Source: Podarcis pityusensis (lineage: Eukaryota). From it: a DNA stretch of 64,000 nucleotides. Position 1 is the stretch's first letter, and every line of letters starts with the position of its first letter. The DNA is taken from the NCBI GenBank assembly GCA_964106645.2, contig OZ067040.1; one strand, 5' to 3'. Positions 63,561 through 64,000 of the stretch are shown piece after piece. Position numbers and translations under genes: made by a program. The notes beneath the pieces were generated by a model. That model was given only the letters and a program-made list of their open reading frames with translations, made no database searches and had not been told where the DNA came from.

Positions 63561-64000
63561 TGGGCTCCAGTCTCATAGGCGTCCCTTCTGCTCTTGACAG
63601 GTGACAGTCAAAATCACTGTCTTGTGACGGGGGGGGAGGGGGCGTCGTCGTGATTATTATTATTAGTATTATTGGTGATAAGAATCCTGGATTCTCTTCT
63701 TTTTTCCCAAGTAAATTTTTATTATTTTCTTTAGATATTCTTTTCCTAACAATCCTTCCTATTACCATATATTCCCTTTGACTCTGCCGAGTCTTGACTT
63801 CCCTCCCTCCCTTCAGTTGGTATATTAATCACATCTTATCGTGTACATTAGTCTAAGAATCCTGGATTCTCAGCTTTCCTTAAACGAAGTTTCTAGCGTT
63901 TGAGGAGTCGCTCCCCTCTGTATATATATTTATGAGGCATAGCTGTCAACGTTTCCCTTTTTTTAAAAAGGGAAATTCCCTTATTCCGAATAGGGTTCCT

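Noticed and set aside
62827-63768. ORFs of 150-250 aa in the GC-rich region
   Set aside because: Low-complexity Pro/Arg/Gly translations expected from stop-poor CpG-island DNA; no recognisable protein.

Overview
This is vertebrate genomic DNA, most likely from a lacertid lizard (inferred from Sauria SINE, Bov-B and Squam-type SINE content). It holds the 3' two-thirds of the + strand gene SPTBN1 (beta-II spectrin). I found 25 GT-AG coding exons with consistent phases from 1306 to the stop at 55903, encoding spectrin repeats and the PH domain, followed by a 3' UTR to about 57230. The alternative short C-terminus (betaII-Sigma2) is made by read-through of the donor after 37196. Introns are packed with transposons: TA-flanked Tc1/mariner MITEs, hAT MITEs with 8-bp TSDs, L1, L2, CR1, Bov-B, Penelope, SINEs and solo LTRs. 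A CpG island at about 62960-63560 probably marks the next promoter. The most striking observation is that two independent copies of one ~440-bp hAT-like MITE family (33127-33562 and 36369-36808) both sit exactly 8 nt into an intron, so each TSD is the 5' splice donor itself. This suggests splice-donor-targeted transposition. Other points of interest are an exon that begins with a perfect donor motif (possible recursive splicing), a perfect 95-bp Penelope hairpin, candidate microexons in the Sigma1/Sigma2 switch intron, and a substitution in the Sigma2 PKA motif. Coordinates were read by eye. Exon and TSD-bounded boundaries should be exact or nearly so; other repeat boundaries are approximate.
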